This document shows positions 22,001 to 30,917 of a stretch of DNA of 64,000 bases, piece by piece (within the stretch, counting starts at the first letter, position 1; each line of letters opens with the position of its first letter). The notes beneath the pieces were generated by a model. It ran no database searches, was not told the DNA's origin, and was given only the letters and a program-made list of their open reading frames with translations. The position numbers and the translations under genes are program-made. The DNA is taken from the NCBI GenBank assembly GCA_005798905.1, contig SYIK01000001.1, positions 140,443 to 204,442 of the forward strand, given 5' to 3'. Origin of the DNA: Bacteroidota bacterium (GTDB lineage Bacteria > Bacteroidota > Bacteroidia > Chitinophagales > Chitinophagaceae).

Positions 22001-23315
22001 ATCCAATTCTTGGATTGAAATAATAATCCGTTGGTTGCAATTTTCTTGCAAATGTTTTTTCAAAATCTTGAACAGGTTGTAAACCCAATCCCGTTAATGC
22101 ACTTTGTACTTGTGTAGAATTTCTTGCATTTGCAGTTGCAAGAATTGTTGGATAAAGATTGTTTGCATTATTTCTTGGCGGCACATTTCCTGCACCTGCC
22201 CATGAACCAAAAGGTTGTCCTTCGCCAATATCCATCAACGCAACAATATCTCTTGTTTCCGTTGTAGCGCCCATCCGGTTGGTTACCCAAACTTCTACCC
22301 GAAGTATTTGAACTAATGAATTCACCACTGGTAAATCCTTCATTCCTTTGTTGTAATTATTTCTAAAAAATTGAGAAAATAAAAAATGCCGATTCTCTTC
22401 GTACTCGTCGGCTTTGTAAGTAAAAGTTTGCGTGGATGAACCTCCCTGAATTCCCATTGACTGACGCTGTGATCGTTGATTTGCCAACACAGTTGTGATA
22501 AATAATTTACCAAATTGCAACTGCGATTTTATTCCAAATAAAGATTGTGCGCCGGGAATAAGTGTGCCCTTTGTTGTAAAATTTGTATTACCTGCTTGCA
22601 ACAATTTCAGTACTTCATCGTCTTTACCTTGGTAGTCGAGCTTTAATTGATTGTCGAAACTAAAATTTGCAAGTGTGTTGTAGTTGATGGGAAGTTTCAA
22701 TTTGTCGCCAATATTTGCATCCACTTGAAATTGGCTATTCATATCAAAATCAAATCCGCCATTATTTCTTGCGCGCTCGGGTAATGTTGGATTATTAATT
22801 TTTTGTCCTTGATAGCCGGCTGCAATATCCACGTATCCATTTGGACGAATGTCTATTTTTCCATTTCCAACAATTCGATTAACCCAATCGTTTAAAAAAT
22901 TGAACTTAGGTTTATAAAGTCGTCGATTTAAATTTCCGAGCATCGCTGCTCTTTTTCTAAAATATTCGTTTTCATCTTCTTTGCCTTTTAGTGCTAAAAG
23001 CTCCGTTCGCGAAAAAGTCATTGGTGCGCGATAAAAGCTGTTCCCTATTTTTTCGACACTGAAATATTGTTGCGAAACAGGATCGTATTCAATACTTCTT
23101 TTTAAGAAGGAAGTATCTTTTAATAGCCAAGGATTTTTAGAGGGGAAGATATACGGTTGGGTATACTGATTGCCAACAGGCAATGGAATTGTATCTGAAG
23201 CAAAGTGATTTTCTGATATTTTTAATATAGAAGAAGCCATTGCTTTTGACTCAAATAAAAAGACAAGCAACATAGCCGTAACTACTCGAAGCGTTTTGAT
23301 TTTTTGGAATTGCAA
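16074..23315 (-). CDS. sprA: T9SS translocon / cell-surface protein SprA (Sov family)
   Basis: A single 2413-aa ORF, which is the size of SprA. Beta-rich sequence throughout, and it sits next to ruvA as I recall for other Bacteroidota. The start is uncertain: TTG at 23315 gives a canonical signal peptide (KIKTLRVVTAMLLVFLFESKAMA); the first ATG is at 23273. Confidence 0.88.
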   Translation of the reverse strand: MQFQKIKTLRVVTAMLLVFLFESKAMASSILKISENHFASDTIPLPVGNQYTQPYIFPSKNPWLLKDTSFLKRSIEYDPVSQQYFSVEKIGNSFYRAPMTFSRTELLALKGKEDENEYFRKRAAMLGNLNRRLYKPKFNFLNDWVNRIVGNGKIDIRPNGYVDIAAGYQGQKINNPTLPERARNNGGFDFDMNSQFQVDANIGDKLKLPINYNTLANFSFDNQLKLDYQGKDDEVLKLLQAGNTNFTTKGTLIPGAQSLFGIKSQLQFGKLFITTVLANQRSQRQSMGIQGGSSTQTFTYKADEYEENRHFLFSQFFRNNYNKGMKDLPVVNSLVQILRVEVWVTNRMGATTETRDIVALMDIGEGQPFGSWAGAGNVPPRNNANNLYPTILATANARNSTQVQSALTGLGLQPVQDFEKTFARKLQPTDYYFNPRIGFISLNQQLQSDEVLGVAFQYTYNGKIYQVGEFSSDIPPDSTGTSQPVLFLKLLKATSQRTNLPIWDLMMKNVYSVGVGQLEKSDFKLDVLYEEPSLGEKNYMPLTSVSDPYKGRSIISLLNLDRLNNQNDPQADGVFDYVEGYTVIAQQSRIVFPVLEPFGRDLEYIYKGADSLQQRAKYIYYPLYDTIKAIAQTFANLNRFKLSGKSKSGLGAVDYQLGFNIPKGSVTVSAGGQILRENIDYEINYDLGSMRIINQAIINAGLPVNVQYENNATYGMQSKNYLALRLDYLASKKLTLGGTIVRLGERPFFWKQSYGDDPIRNTMYGVDFDYRSEIPRLSKWLDKLPFYSTKVVSNITAYGEAALLKPGHAPQIGKGNVGAIYMDDFEGTRSSIDLRFPLISWTLASAPQKAIDKNNNILFPEAELNNNVEQGYNRAKLAWYQIEQQLQEARNANNPLRNNLTELSKPEVRQVYQKEIFPNRTTDFGQSILPTFDLAFYPKERGPYNFEFRNGRINAAGNLLNPKQTWGGIMRNIDQTDFETGNIEFIEFWLQDPFINKPATASGELYLNLGNISEDVLKDGKRLYENGLPTPQNRNLPVDNTTVWGRVPANPLQVTNAFSNNTVDRPFQDAGFDGLTDSLEKEKFKNYINTLITNFGINSSVYQKATVDPSADNFKHYRDGTYDQPLEGILQRYKDVNNPQGNSPVNLNNSQLHAFTMYPDQEELNRDNTLNEVEEYFQYRVELKPNMSVGSNFITDKRTVSVDLIDRTQRQETWYLFRIPITGYQNKIGNIPDFKSIRFIRMFLTGFSDSVVCRFGKLELVRNQWRRFGYEIDSSGLFKKLPINDPTTLDVLAVNVEENDKRQPIRYVTPPGIIRQEQLSSNNISLLQNEQSLSIRVRDLLKNDSRAVFKTMPFDLRQYGRISMFVHAEEIYQNTLNDNDLSAVVRIGNDFVSNYYEIRIPLKITKWGATDSLSIWPLENNLDFDLEILTQLKWRRNKAAISPSNYYSEFIKGKKFAIIGNPNLGEVRGMLMGVENNKLEQANAEIWFNELRLSKMDEEGGWAALGRVDLTLADLGNISVSGTARTSGFGTLEQRVNERSREDFTQFDVSANIDAGKLLPQKAKIQIPIYAGISRTTTTPEYDPYDLDIKLKEKLNDVPKNKKDSIRNDAADITTIKTITFTNVKKNKSGVRKAHPWDISNLDFNYSYYQMERNNPLIESEMMSRTRGAIGYNFAIQPQYIEPFKKFIKSNSKWVTFIKDVNFNFKPSQVSIKADAFRQFGSLQPRNIGGSFYKVPETYDKFFTFDRYYVVQWDFTRSLNLDFMATNNARIDEPIGRIDTKIKKDSVRQNFLKGGRNTRFHQEATLSYNFPTNKFPIIDWTTLRANYKAEYDWMGASLLARNLGNILSNGQTKSVNGEFNFEQLYQKSKFLRAVFADNPPKNETVKTEIKKEVSVDNKKNRTSNDSLSKKELKKLRKLERQKLRLAKIEERKNKIIEINNVVKSVVQVATAVKRVSVQYTENSGTSLPGYLDSTRSFGQNWNSKQPGFDFIFGYQPDTNWINKKGNLGMLTHDPIFNALIEQRYDEHLKITAQIVPVRDFNIDLNLDKTFNKNYSELFKDTSGLPSGVLTRLNPYAMGSFSISYISYQTLFDKYDPNIVAATFKQFETNRALLSQKLGKTNPYNGSNPLPGTDGYYKGYGRYAQDVLVPAFIAAYTNKNPLSVHLVKNSNPTIRSNPFGGLIPKPNWNLTYSGLSRVKGLEKVFSNIVIRHGYSSTLSMNSFNTALFFQDPLRYSFPSFIDTLTKNYIPYFLVPNITISEEFSPLISMDVSFTNQLSTRIEIRKTRQLSLSLIDYQLSENRSSEFSIGADWRRRGIPIIKKLGKMKLDNDITFKLDLSIRDDVTTINKLDQNISLITSGQKVIRINPSIDYVVNSRVRATLYFEQTKNMQKISGSGDITNTRAGLQLRISLAQ

Positions 23316-23357
23316 ATTTTCTCTGAAATAATAGTTAAGTAAATTTCAACCAATAGG

Positions 23358-23942
23358 CTATACTGTTTTTAAAGCTTGTTTTATGATTTCTTCAACCGAA
23401 CCAATTGCGGAATTGGATTGCGTTACTTTCTGAATTGCTTGCTCCGCATTATTTTTTGCAATACCCAATGCCATCAAAGCATTTAACGCATCCGCTTGCA
23501 CTGTATTGTGTGTTGAAGATGAAATACTTGCATCTAATGGATGCTTGCTTAGTTTGTCTCGCAATTCAAGCACAAGTCTTTCGGCAGATTTTTTCCCAAT
23601 TCCTTTAATACCTTCCAAAGTTTTGGTATCGGAACTAATAATTGCCCGAACCAATTCATCGGGTTTCATGTAGGAAAGCATCATTCTTGCAGTAGAAGCG
23701 CCAACGCCGGAAACACTAATTAATTGAATAAATAATTCCTTTTCGGCTAAATCAAAAAAGCCATAAAGAATATGTGCATCTTCTCTAATTAATAGACAAG
23801 TATACAATATCCCGCTTTCTAAATTTTGAATTTTTGAATAGGTATTTAAACTTATTTGCACTTCATATCCCACGCCATTTACTTCAAGGTGAACAAGTGC
23901 TGGAGATTTATGCTTAAAATTTCCATTCAGAAAAGCTATCAT
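23358..23942 (-). CDS. ruvA: Holliday junction branch-migration complex subunit RuvA
   Basis: 194 aa. Starts MIAFLNG, then VNGVGYEV, FGF....E..LF..LISVSGVG...A, and the HhH motif GIGKK.AER...EL. Confidence 0.9.
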   Translation of the reverse strand: MIAFLNGNFKHKSPALVHLEVNGVGYEVQISLNTYSKIQNLESGILYTCLLIREDAHILYGFFDLAEKELFIQLISVSGVGASTARMMLSYMKPDELVRAIISSDTKTLEGIKGIGKKSAERLVLELRDKLSKHPLDASISSSTHNTVQADALNALMALGIAKNNAEQAIQKVTQSNSAIGSVEEIIKQALKTV

Positions 23943-24003
23943 ACTTGCGAAAATAAGGAAAAACGAGTTGTAGTTTTTGGGTAAAAACCACTGTAATTAA
24001 GAA

Positions 24004-24510
24004 TTACAAAACCGACTTTTTTCTATTTCTTGAAAAAACAATGAAATCAGTTTGCGGTATTTTTTCAACTCTCAACTGTCGAAAAATATTTACCAATTGC
24101 CCACGGTGATAAGTTCCGTGATTAAATACATGCGTTAAGATTTGAAAAACAGGTTGTTTGAAATATTCTTTTTTTGAATTATGATATTGAACAACATGAC
24201 CGAGTGCAATATCCGAAGCGGTTGCAACCCAATCCTGCCATTGCTGCGATTGTTGCAGCAAACCATTTACGACATCGCTCATTTTACCTTCCTGATTTTC
24301 GCTTGGAATAATAATTCGCTCACTCAATTTCATCCTTTGCCACCAAATACTTTCCGCGTCCCAAATATGAAATGTCGTTTGAAATATACTTTTAAAACTA
24401 CTTGGTAATTCTTGTCGTTGTTTTTCATCCGACAACAAAAGAATAGAATCAGTAATTTTTTTATTCGCCCAAAAATTATAAGTAGCCAATTCAAGCATTA
24501 CTTCTTTCAT
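24004..24510 (-). CDS. DinB-family protein
   Basis: 168 aa. Contains YNFWANKK near the N-terminus and H.FNHGTYHRGQ near the C-terminus, the DinB/YfiT-like metal-binding His pattern. Confidence 0.75.
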   Translation of the reverse strand: MKEVMLELATYNFWANKKITDSILLLSDEKQRQELPSSFKSIFQTTFHIWDAESIWWQRMKLSERIIIPSENQEGKMSDVVNGLLQQSQQWQDWVATASDIALGHVVQYHNSKKEYFKQPVFQILTHVFNHGTYHRGQLVNIFRQLRVEKIPQTDFIVFSRNRKKSVL

Positions 24511-24614
24511 ATTCCTTGTTTCGGTTTTATTAAGGAAAGAGTTGATAAATTTGACATTATCTAATTTTGAATGAATTTTTTGTATTACAAATTTTCAAAA
24601 AATGAATTTTAAAA

Positions 24615-25835
24615 ATGAATAAAAGTTATCCACTTACAGGATTTAGTTCTGTGGCTTTACATGCCGGTCACAAGCAAGATCCGATGTACGCACACATTAC
24701 ACCCATTTATGCATCTTCCACTTTTGTGTACGATGATGCGGAACAAGGTATGCGTCGTTTTAGCGGAATGGAAGAAGGATACATTTATAGTCGTTGGGGA
24801 AATCCAAATTTTACAGAAGTAGAAGAAAAAATTTCTGCATTGGAAACTTTGGGAATTAAAGACACAACGGGAAACCCTTTGCAAGTAAAAGCAATTTTAC
24901 ACGCTTCTGGAATGGCTGCATTGGCCACATTAATGATTGGAAACTTAAAAGCCGGCGATAAAATTTTAACGCATTATTCTTTATACGGTGGCATGGAAGA
25001 ATTAATTACAAATATTTTACCTCAATTTAATATTGAACCGATTATTATTGACCTCCGCGATTTGAATAAAGCTGAAGAAGCCATTAAAGCAAATCCAAAA
25101 ATAAAAATGATTCATTTGGAAACGCCTGCAAATCCTACACTACAATGTGTGGATTTGGAAGAGTTAACAAAACTTGCGAAAGCCAACAACATTCTCGTAG
25201 CTGTTGACAATACATTTGCCACACCTTATTTACAACAACCGTTTCGCTTTGGTGTTGACTTTGTTTTTCACAGCACAACAAAATTTTTAAATGGACACGG
25301 CACAGCAATTGGTGGAATTTTAATTGGAAGAGACATTGAAAAAATGAATAAGCATCTTACAAAAACGCATCGTTTGTTGGGTGGAAACAGCAATCCCTTC
25401 GATGCTTTTTTATTAAACCAAGGAATAAAAACTTTGGAGTTGAGAATGGAAAGACATAGCAGCAATGCAATCGCTGTTGCAAAACATTTAGAAAATCATG
25501 CAGCAATTTCAAAAGTAAATTATCACGGACTCGCTAGCCATCCCGATTACAAAGTTGCTACTAAACAAATGAAACATGCAGGGCCTATGATTAGTTTTGA
25601 ATTAAAAAAAGGAATGCAAGGTGGAATTGATTTTATGAATAAGTTGCAAATGTGTACACGAACCGTTTCATTGGGAACGGCCGACACGATTCTTTCTCAT
25701 CCTGCATCAATGACACATTATTCCATTCCTCAAAAAGAAAAAGAAAAATATGGAATTACCGACGGACTAATTCGAATGAGTGTTGGTTTAGAAAATATTC
25801 AAGATATTTTAACCGATTTAGATCAAGCGTTTTAA
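24615..25835 (+). CDS. Cys/Met-metabolism PLP-dependent enzyme (methionine gamma-lyase / O-acetylhomoserine sulfhydrylase family)
   Basis: 406 aa. Contains Y.R.GNPN, VDNTFATPYLQ.P, the PLP-lysine region HSTTKFLNGHG, ES.GG and SHPASMTH. Confidence 0.85.
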   Translation: MNKSYPLTGFSSVALHAGHKQDPMYAHITPIYASSTFVYDDAEQGMRRFSGMEEGYIYSRWGNPNFTEVEEKISALETLGIKDTTGNPLQVKAILHASGMAALATLMIGNLKAGDKILTHYSLYGGMEELITNILPQFNIEPIIIDLRDLNKAEEAIKANPKIKMIHLETPANPTLQCVDLEELTKLAKANNILVAVDNTFATPYLQQPFRFGVDFVFHSTTKFLNGHGTAIGGILIGRDIEKMNKHLTKTHRLLGGNSNPFDAFLLNQGIKTLELRMERHSSNAIAVAKHLENHAAISKVNYHGLASHPDYKVATKQMKHAGPMISFELKKGMQGGIDFMNKLQMCTRTVSLGTADTILSHPASMTHYSIPQKEKEKYGITDGLIRMSVGLENIQDILTDLDQAF

Positions 25836-25846
25836 GAAAATAAATT

Positions 25847-26299
25847 ATGAAAATTGAAATTCGTCGTGCATTAAAATCAGATTGTTCTCGATTGCTTGAT
25901 TTAATAACTGAATTGGCGATTTACGAAAAAGCTCCGCAAGAAGTTACCGTAAGTTTGGAACATTTTATCGAAAGTGGTTTTGGTAAAACCCCGGTGTGGT
26001 GGGCATTTGTAGCCGAAGTAGATGGGATTGTATTGGGATTTGCATTGTACTATGTTCGTTATTCAACTTGGAAAGGGCAAAGAATGTATTTGGAAGATTT
26101 ACTCGTAACCGAAGCTGCTCGAGGAAATGGAATTGGAAAATTATTAATGGATCGATTGATAGTGGAAGCCAAAGAAAAAAATTATATCGGAATTGTTTGG
26201 CAAGTGTTGGATTGGAACGAACCAGCAATTAATTTTTACAAAAAATACAACGCAAAATTTGATGCCGAATGGTTGAATTGTTCTATTGAAATAAATTGA
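25847..26299 (+). CDS. GNAT-family N-acetyltransferase
   Basis: 150 aa. Contains the acetyl-CoA binding motif V....RGNGIGK.L, in a spermidine/diamine acetyltransferase-like layout. Confidence 0.8.
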   Translation: MKIEIRRALKSDCSRLLDLITELAIYEKAPQEVTVSLEHFIESGFGKTPVWWAFVAEVDGIVLGFALYYVRYSTWKGQRMYLEDLLVTEAARGNGIGKLLMDRLIVEAKEKNYIGIVWQVLDWNEPAINFYKKYNAKFDAEWLNCSIEIN

Positions 26300-26307
26300 A
26301 TAAAAAA

Positions 26308-27198
26308 TTAACTCTCTCCATCTACTTGCATTTCACTGTTTATTTTCTGCACCAACCCTTGTAAAACTTTTCCGGGACCAACTTCTGTAAATCGCGAAGC
26401 TCCATCTGCAATCATCGCTTGAACCGACTGTGTCCATCTTACCGCACCGGTAAGCTGTGCTACTAAATTATGTTTGATTTCATCTTTATCTAAAATTGCT
26501 TTTGCAACTACGTTTTGATAAATAGCACAAATGGGAGAATGAAACTTTGTTGTTTCAATTGCTAATTGCAATTCATCTTTTGCCGGATTCATTAACGAAG
26601 AATGAAAAGCTCCGCCAACCGGTAAAAGCAAAGCTCGTTTTGCACCTGCTGTTTTCATGCGCTCACATGCAAGTTCAACTCCTTTTACAGAACCACTAAT
26701 TACAATTTGCCCTGGACAATTATAATTTGCTGCGCCAACAACTTCATTTGTTTCTTGTTGAATTTCTAAACAAATTTTTTCCACAACCTCATCTTCCAAT
26801 TTCAATATAGCTGCCATTGAAGATGGATGTAGTTCGCATGCTTTTTGCATCGCATTGGCACGAACAGCAACCAAATGAAGTGCATCTTCAAAACTCAAAA
26901 CACCATTTGCAACCAATGCTGAAAACTCTCCCAACGAATGACCGGCAACCATATCAGGCTTTGCAATTTCAATACTTTTAAAAGCAATAACTGAATGTAA
27001 AAAAATTGCAGGTTGCGTAACTTTTGTTTGTTTCAGTTCCTCTTCTGTTCCACTGAACATGATTTCAGAAATCTGAAATCCCAAAATTTCGTTTGCTTGT
27101 TCAAACAATTTTTTTGCAAAAACATTAGATTCATAAATAGATTTCCCCATCCCCGAAAATTGAGAGCCTTGGCCTGGGAATACAAAAGCATGCTTCAT
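26308..27198 (-). CDS. fabD: Malonyl-CoA:ACP transacylase
   Basis: 296 aa. Contains FVFPGQGSQ, the active site GHSLGEFSAL, and GAFHS. Confidence 0.92.
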   Translation of the reverse strand: MKHAFVFPGQGSQFSGMGKSIYESNVFAKKLFEQANEILGFQISEIMFSGTEEELKQTKVTQPAIFLHSVIAFKSIEIAKPDMVAGHSLGEFSALVANGVLSFEDALHLVAVRANAMQKACELHPSSMAAILKLEDEVVEKICLEIQQETNEVVGAANYNCPGQIVISGSVKGVELACERMKTAGAKRALLLPVGGAFHSSLMNPAKDELQLAIETTKFHSPICAIYQNVVAKAILDKDEIKHNLVAQLTGAVRWTQSVQAMIADGASRFTEVGPGKVLQGLVQKINSEMQVDGES

Positions 27199-27239
27199 AA
27201 TAAATCGTGTTTAGTTTTTTTGTTCTATTAAAATTCCTC

Positions 27240-27836
27240 TTAATAGATTTTTTTTGAAATAAGTTTTAGAAATTCACTTCGTGTAGGAATTTTATGAAAT
27301 TCTCCATCGAATGCAGAAGTAGTTGTAACTGAACTTTGTTTTTGCACACCGCGCATCATCATACATAAATGTTGCGCTTCAATAACAACAGCAACTCCCA
27401 ATGGGTTCAGTGTTTCTTTTATTGCATCTTTTATTTGAATCGTTAATCGCTCTTGCACTTGCAAACGTCTTGCAAAAACATCGACAACTCTTGCTACTTT
27501 ACTTAATCCCGTAATCCATCCGTTGGGAATATATGCTACATGAACTTTACCGAAAAAAGGGAGCAGGTGATGTTCGCACATACTAAACAGTTCAATATCT
27601 TTTACCAAAATCATTTCACTTACGTCTTCTTTAAATTTTGCAGATTCAATAATACTTTTCGCATCTAATTGATAACCTTGTGTAAGAAACTGCATTGCTT
27701 TTGCCATGCGTTCAGGAGTTTTTACAAGCCCTTCCCTGTTGGCATCTTCTCCCAACAAATTCAATACTTCTGAATAATTTTCTTTTAACTTTTCAGTAAT
27801 CAAACTATCGTACAATTCAGTTTTTTTATACGCCAT
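27240..27836 (-). CDS. folE: GTP cyclohydrolase I
   Basis: 198 aa. Contains [27 protein letters not shown] and RLQVQERLT. Confidence 0.92.
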   Translation of the reverse strand: MAYKKTELYDSLITEKLKENYSEVLNLLGEDANREGLVKTPERMAKAMQFLTQGYQLDAKSIIESAKFKEDVSEMILVKDIELFSMCEHHLLPFFGKVHVAYIPNGWITGLSKVARVVDVFARRLQVQERLTIQIKDAIKETLNPLGVAVVIEAQHLCMMMRGVQKQSSVTTTSAFDGEFHKIPTRSEFLKLISKKIY

Positions 27837-27846
27837 ATTTTTCTTT

Positions 27847-28263
27847 TTATAACACAGGAAATTCTACAAAATTTTTAGCTGTTTCATACAAACGAATTTG
27901 AAGCTCTTTATTTTTATCTATCCGAGGACGCAATAAATTATAAATTACCACAACAATGTTTTCAGCAGTTGGAATCAGGTTTTTAAACTCATTCGTATCC
28001 AAGTTTAAATTTTTATGATCGAACCGAGCATGTATTTCTTCTTTAATTAATTCGCTTAATAATTTTAAATTTATTACATAACCTGTTTCTGAATCGGGCA
28101 CGCCGGTTACTTTCACTTCTAATTCATAATTATGCCCATGATAATTTGGGAAAGCACATTTTCCAAAAACTGCTGCATTTTTTGCTTCATCCCATTGGGG
28201 ATTAAAAAGCCGATGCGCCGCATTAAAATGTTCTTTTCGAATTACTGCTACTTTTTGACTCAT
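27847..28263 (-). CDS. 6-carboxytetrahydropterin synthase / 6-pyruvoyl-tetrahydropterin synthase family protein (paralog A)
   Basis: 138 aa. Contains [23 protein letters not shown] (Cys-x5-HGH), DHKNLN and YET, all PTPS-fold hallmarks. Sits 10 nt upstream of folE on the same strand. Confidence 0.85.
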   Translation of the reverse strand: MSQKVAVIRKEHFNAAHRLFNPQWDEAKNAAVFGKCAFPNYHGHNYELEVKVTGVPDSETGYVINLKLLSELIKEEIHARFDHKNLNLDTNEFKNLIPTAENIVVVIYNLLRPRIDKNKELQIRLYETAKNFVEFPVL

Positions 28264-28302
28264 AAAATTTTAACCAGTTCACTAATTAATTTCTATTTGT
28301 TT

Positions 28303-28710
28303 TCACCCAAAATATTCTACATAAATTCTTGAAGTTTCGTACAATTTTACACAATGCAAATTCACCTTTTCCGGCAAACATTTCTTTAATTCATCCCAAA
28401 TACCGATTGCTAAATTTTCGGTACTGCACATTTTCCCTTGCATAAAATCAACATCCAAATTCAAATTTCGATGATCTATTTTTTCTACCACATTTTTTCG
28501 AATGATATCGCTGAGTTCTTTTACATCAAAAATAAAACCGGTTGACAATTCGGGCTCTCCTTTTATAGTTACATAAAGATCGTAGTTATGTCCATGCCAA
28601 TTTTTATTCGCACACTTTCCGAAAACAATTGCATTTTTTTCTTCACTCCATTCCGGGTTATTCAGACAATGCGCTGCATTAAAATGTTCTAATCTTGTTA
28701 GGTATATCAT
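28303..28710 (-). CDS. 6-carboxytetrahydropterin synthase / PTPS family protein (paralog B)
   Basis: 135 aa. Contains FNAAHCL, GKCANKNWHGHNYDLYV, DHRNLN and YET. First gene of the apparent PTPS-PTPS-folE operon. Confidence 0.85.
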   Translation of the reverse strand: MIYLTRLEHFNAAHCLNNPEWSEEKNAIVFGKCANKNWHGHNYDLYVTIKGEPELSTGFIFDVKELSDIIRKNVVEKIDHRNLNLDVDFMQGKMCSTENLAIGIWDELKKCLPEKVNLHCVKLYETSRIYVEYFG

Positions 28711-28726
28711 AAATAATCTAAGGTTG

Positions 28727-28734
28727 CAAAGTTA
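28727..28734 (-). promoter_or_regulatory. -7 promoter box TAACTTTG for the PTPS-PTPS-folE operon
   Basis: The minus strand reads TAACTTTG (plus strand caaagtta), 16 nt upstream of the ATG at 28710. No clear -33 TTTG was seen. Confidence 0.35.
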
Positions 28735-28775
28735 ATAGTTCGTGCAATCAATGTATAATTCCGACATTTGTTCCA

Positions 28776-29426
28776 ATGAATTATTTATTGATTGCCGCAA
28801 CCGTAAAAGAAATTGAACCTTTTCTTGCTTTTTACAAGAAATTCGACAAGGAATTATCTGTTGATTTTCTTATTGCCGGAATTGGTTTAACAACAACTGC
28901 ATACCGCCTTACCAAACAATTGCAACTAAAAAAATACGACTTTGTTTTACAGGCCGGTGTTGCAGGATGTTTTAATTCCAAAATTCCGTTGGGAACCGTA
29001 TTAGCTGTAAAAAAAGATACCATTGCGGATCAAAGTGTGATTGAATTAAAAAAACTAAAAACACTTTTTGATTTAAAATTAGTTCCTCAAAATCAATTCC
29101 CATTTAATAAAGGTTGGTTAGCAAACCCGAATAAATTGTTATTTGAAAAAATTAAGGTGAAGTCAGTAACCGGAATTTCGGTAAATGAAATTTCTACAAG
29201 CAAACAAAAAATTAATTTTTATAAAACCACATTCAACCCTGTACTTGAAAGTATGGAGGGTGCTGCTTTGCATTTTGTTTGTTTGATGGAAAAAACACCG
29301 TTTATGCAAATTCGAAGTGTTTCAAATTACATTGGCGAAAGAAATAAAAACAATTGGGATATGAAAAAATCAATTGAAAATTTAAACGAAACTTTAATCC
29401 GATTTTTTAAAGCGACTAAAAATTAA
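28776..29426 (+). CDS. mqnB: Futalosine hydrolase (nucleoside phosphorylase family)
   Basis: 216 aa. PNP/UDP-1 fold motifs (GIG...TA, ESMEGAA). Lies immediately upstream of an mqnD-like gene. Confidence 0.7.
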   Translation: MNYLLIAATVKEIEPFLAFYKKFDKELSVDFLIAGIGLTTTAYRLTKQLQLKKYDFVLQAGVAGCFNSKIPLGTVLAVKKDTIADQSVIELKKLKTLFDLKLVPQNQFPFNKGWLANPNKLLFEKIKVKSVTGISVNEISTSKQKINFYKTTFNPVLESMEGAALHFVCLMEKTPFMQIRSVSNYIGERNKNNWDMKKSIENLNETLIRFFKATKN

Positions 29427-29437
29427 ATCTATTTTTC

Positions 29438-30262
29438 TTGAAATATACAATTGGATTTTCTCCTTGTCCCAACGACACTTTTATTTTCGATGCATTGGTA
29501 AATAAAAAAATTAAAACCGATGGTATTGAATTTGAAGTCGTTTTAGAAGATGTGGAAACTCTGAACCAATGGGCCATCGAGGGAAAATTAGATATTACAA
29601 AACTTAGTTTTCCGGCATTTTTTCAAAGTCTTAAAAATTATGTTTTATTAAATAGTGGCAGTGCAATTGGAAACGGAGTTGGGCCATTATTAATTAAAAA
29701 AGAAAACAAAAAAATAAAAAAAATTGAAAATTGCAGCATTGCAATTCCCGGAAAAAATACAACAGCAAATTTATTGTTGTCTTTTGCATACCCCAATGCA
29801 AAAAATAAAATCCCAATATTATTTTCTAAAATTGAAGATGCTGTAATAAATGAAGAAACGGATTTGGGTGTTATTATTCATGAAAACAGGTTTACTTATC
29901 AATTGAAAGGATTAGAAAAAATTGCAGACTTAGGAAAAATTTGGGAACACAAAATGAAGCTACCCATTCCGCTTGGCGGAATTGCTATTAAAAACTCCAT
30001 TGAAAAATCAATCAGTTTAAAAATTGATTCTTTAATTAAACAAAGTCTTGAATTTGCATTTTCAAATTACCCCGAAATTCCTGAATATGTTAAACAAAAT
30101 TCTCAAGCGATGCAAGAGGATGTAATGCGCCAGCATATTGAATTGTACGTAAATGAATACTCACTTTCACTTGGTGACGAAGGGAAAAAAGCAATCAACG
30201 AATTGTTTAAAATTTTTGAAATACAACAATTAGAAATTTCTAAAGAAAAACCATTTCATTAA
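29438..30262 (+). CDS. mqnD: 1,4-dihydroxy-6-naphthoate synthase (futalosine pathway)
   Basis: 274 aa. Contains [34 protein letters not shown] and GSA.G.GVGPL, typical of the MqnD (VitK2 biosynthesis) family. Confidence 0.8.
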   Translation: MKYTIGFSPCPNDTFIFDALVNKKIKTDGIEFEVVLEDVETLNQWAIEGKLDITKLSFPAFFQSLKNYVLLNSGSAIGNGVGPLLIKKENKKIKKIENCSIAIPGKNTTANLLLSFAYPNAKNKIPILFSKIEDAVINEETDLGVIIHENRFTYQLKGLEKIADLGKIWEHKMKLPIPLGGIAIKNSIEKSISLKIDSLIKQSLEFAFSNYPEIPEYVKQNSQAMQEDVMRQHIELYVNEYSLSLGDEGKKAINELFKIFEIQQLEISKEKPFH

Positions 30263-30899
30263 TTTCTCCTTCGATAATTAATTTGCCGGAAGTTTTCGAT
30301 TTTATTTCATCAACACTTACACCGGGTGCTCGTTCGATAAGTTTAAATCCTTGTGGAGTAACATCTAAAACAGCCAATTCCGTTACAATTCTTTTTACAC
30401 AGTTGATTCCTGTAAGTGGCAATTGGCAAGTTGGTAATAATTTCGATTCGCCTTTCGGATTTGTGTGCATCATTGCTACAATAATATTTTTGGCACTAGC
30501 AACCAAATCCATTGCACCGCCCATTCCTTTCACCATTTTTCCGGGAATTTTCCAATTGGCAATATCACCGTTTTCGCTCACTTCCATTGCACCCAAAACT
30601 GTAAGATCTACTTTGCCGGCTCTTATCATTCCAAAACTTTCGGCACTGTCAAAAAATGCACCGCCTGGTAAAATCGTCACCGTTTCTTTTCCAGCATTAA
30701 TCAAATCTGGATCAACAGTATCTTCTGTGGGATAAGGCCCTAACCCCAACATTCCATTTTCGCTTTGCAGTACAATATTTATTCCTTCGGGAATAAAATT
30801 TGCAACCAAGGTAGGAATGCCAATTCCGAGATTTACATACATTCCATCGCGCAGTTCTTGTGCAATTCTTTTCGCAATTTCAAATTTATCCAATGCCAT
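30240..30899 (-). CDS. scoB: 3-oxoacid CoA-transferase subunit B
   Basis: 219 aa. Contains NLGIG.P, SENG and G.GGAMDL. Its 3' end overlaps the 3' end of convergent mqnD by 23 nt. Confidence 0.9.
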   Translation of the reverse strand: MALDKFEIAKRIAQELRDGMYVNLGIGIPTLVANFIPEGINIVLQSENGMLGLGPYPTEDTVDPDLINAGKETVTILPGGAFFDSAESFGMIRAGKVDLTVLGAMEVSENGDIANWKIPGKMVKGMGGAMDLVASAKNIIVAMMHTNPKGESKLLPTCQLPLTGINCVKRIVTELAVLDVTPQGFKLIERAPGVSVDEIKSKTSGKLIIEGEINEMVFL

Positions 30900-30917
30900 T
30901 TTACAAAATTGAACTGG

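Noticed and set aside
23273-23315. Alternative sprA start: ATG at 23273 versus TTG at 23315
   Set aside because: This cannot be resolved from sequence alone. The TTG gives a better signal peptide with a basic n-region, so the longer coordinates were kept. It is not treated as a finding.
24511-24614. Looked for riboswitches: SAM upstream of the Met-metabolism PLP enzyme, THF upstream of folD (2307-2434), preQ1 upstream of the PTPS/folE operon (28711-28775), and purine upstream of guaA and guaB
   Set aside because: These spacers are short, A/T-rich and lack the conserved GC-rich helices of those aptamers. At folD and guaB the promoter box abuts the ATG, leaving no room for one.
30283-30735. 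150-aa plus-strand ORF antisense to scoB. Similar long antisense ORFs occur at 54102-54548 (gltA), 8229-8597 (guaB), 53126-53452 and 43342-43683.
   Set aside because: Each lies wholly inside a confidently identified gene on the opposite strand. They have odd composition and no start-site signals, so they are typical antisense shadow ORFs.
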